A stretch of 6,437 bases of DNA. Source: a virus. Taxonomy: Duplodnaviria > Heunggongvirae > Uroviricota > Caudoviricetes. Below are positions 6,012 through 6,437 of this stretch, one piece after another. The notes below the pieces were generated by a model. That model did not search any database. It saw nothing but the letters and a program-made list of their open reading frames with translations, and was not told the origin of the DNA. Location of the stretch: IMG/VR virus record IMGVR_UViG_2617270947_000009, one strand, 5' to 3'. Position numbers and translations under genes: made by a program. Position 1 is the first letter of the stretch, and each line of letters begins with the position of its first letter.

Positions 6012-6437
6012 ACCGCCCCGGGTTTCCTGGAGAGTGTTTTATCTGTGAACTCAGGCTGCCAGATCATCGTTTCCGATGGAAGCATAATAAGCTTTTTCTG
6101 CTTCTGCCGGAGGAGTATGGCCCAGCCTTTCCAGCAATCGTCGATTGTTATACCAGTCCACCCACGTGAGTGTGGCCAGTTCCACTTCTGCACGGTTTTT
6201 CCAGCTCTTACGGTGTATTACCTCCGCTTTGTAAAGACCATTGATGCTCTCCGCCATCGCGTTGTCATACGAGTCGCCTGTACTTCCTGTTGATGCCAGT
6301 AATCCGGCTTCCTTAAGCCGCTGTGTGTAGGCCAGCGATACATACTGAGAACCTTTATCACTGTGATGGACCGTGCCGGACGGTCGACGGGCCCATAACG
6401 CCTGCTCCAGTGCATCCAGCACGAATGTCGTTTCCAT
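6009..6437 (-). mobile_element. Partial IS3-family insertion sequence, second copy in inverted orientation (terminal repeat plus 3' part of transposase gene); continues beyond the window end
   Basis: 6009-6391 is the reverse complement of 1-383, with two mismatches found by eye (6022 and 6074); terminal sequence TGAACCGCCCCGGGTTTCCTGG at 6009-6030. Confidence 0.85.
6051..6437 (-). CDS. IS3-family transposase OrfB (DDE integrase domain), C-terminal portion; 5'-partial at window edge
   Basis: Translation ...RRPSGTVHHSDKGSQYVSLAYTQRLKEAGLLASTGSTGDSYDNAMAESINGLYKAEVIH...ASIGNDDLAA matches the copy at 1-341 except one residue (G vs R); stop (TCA on + strand) at 6051-6053. Confidence 0.85.
   Translation of the reverse strand: METTFVLDALEQALWARRPSGTVHHSDKGSQYVSLAYTQRLKEAGLLASTGSTGDSYDNAMAESINGLYKAEVIHRKSWKNRAEVELATLTWVDWYNNRRLLERLGHTPPAEAEKAYYASIGNDDLAA

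Noticed and set aside
1-6437. CRISPR arrays, tRNA/rRNA genes, P2/P4 cos site
   Set aside because: No regularly spaced direct repeats with unique spacers, no tRNA-like cloverleaf candidates noticed, and no match to the 19-nt P2/P4 cohesive-end sequence found by eye.

Overview
This window looks like an internal fragment of a P4-like (primase-encoding) integrative/satellite element from an enterobacterial-type genome, bracketed by two inverted partial copies of the same IS3-family insertion sequence (1-383 on +, 6009-6437 on -). Both IS ends face inward and both junction genes appear truncated by them. Between the IS ends lie: (i) an N-terminally truncated P4 alpha-type primase/helicase (Toprim EGxATA and DxD motifs, Walker A/B); (ii) a cluster of ACCTGTACCACC-type iterons flanking an AT-rich stretch immediately downstream of the primase, a candidate origin; (iii) two overlapping genes of unknown function (76 and 245 aa); (iv) a roughly 610-bp non-coding region with a second iteron cluster, two perfect palindromes, a tandem 10-bp repeat, an intrinsic terminator and a consensus -10 element; and (v) a translationally coupled three-gene operon (57, about 490 and at least 138 aa) of unknown function, whose last gene takes its stop codon from the IS terminus. 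I found no rRNA, tRNA or CRISPR array. All functional calls rest on motifs read by eye, since no database search was possible; the downstream operon is the best candidate for an undescribed accessory module, but its function cannot be assigned from sequence alone.
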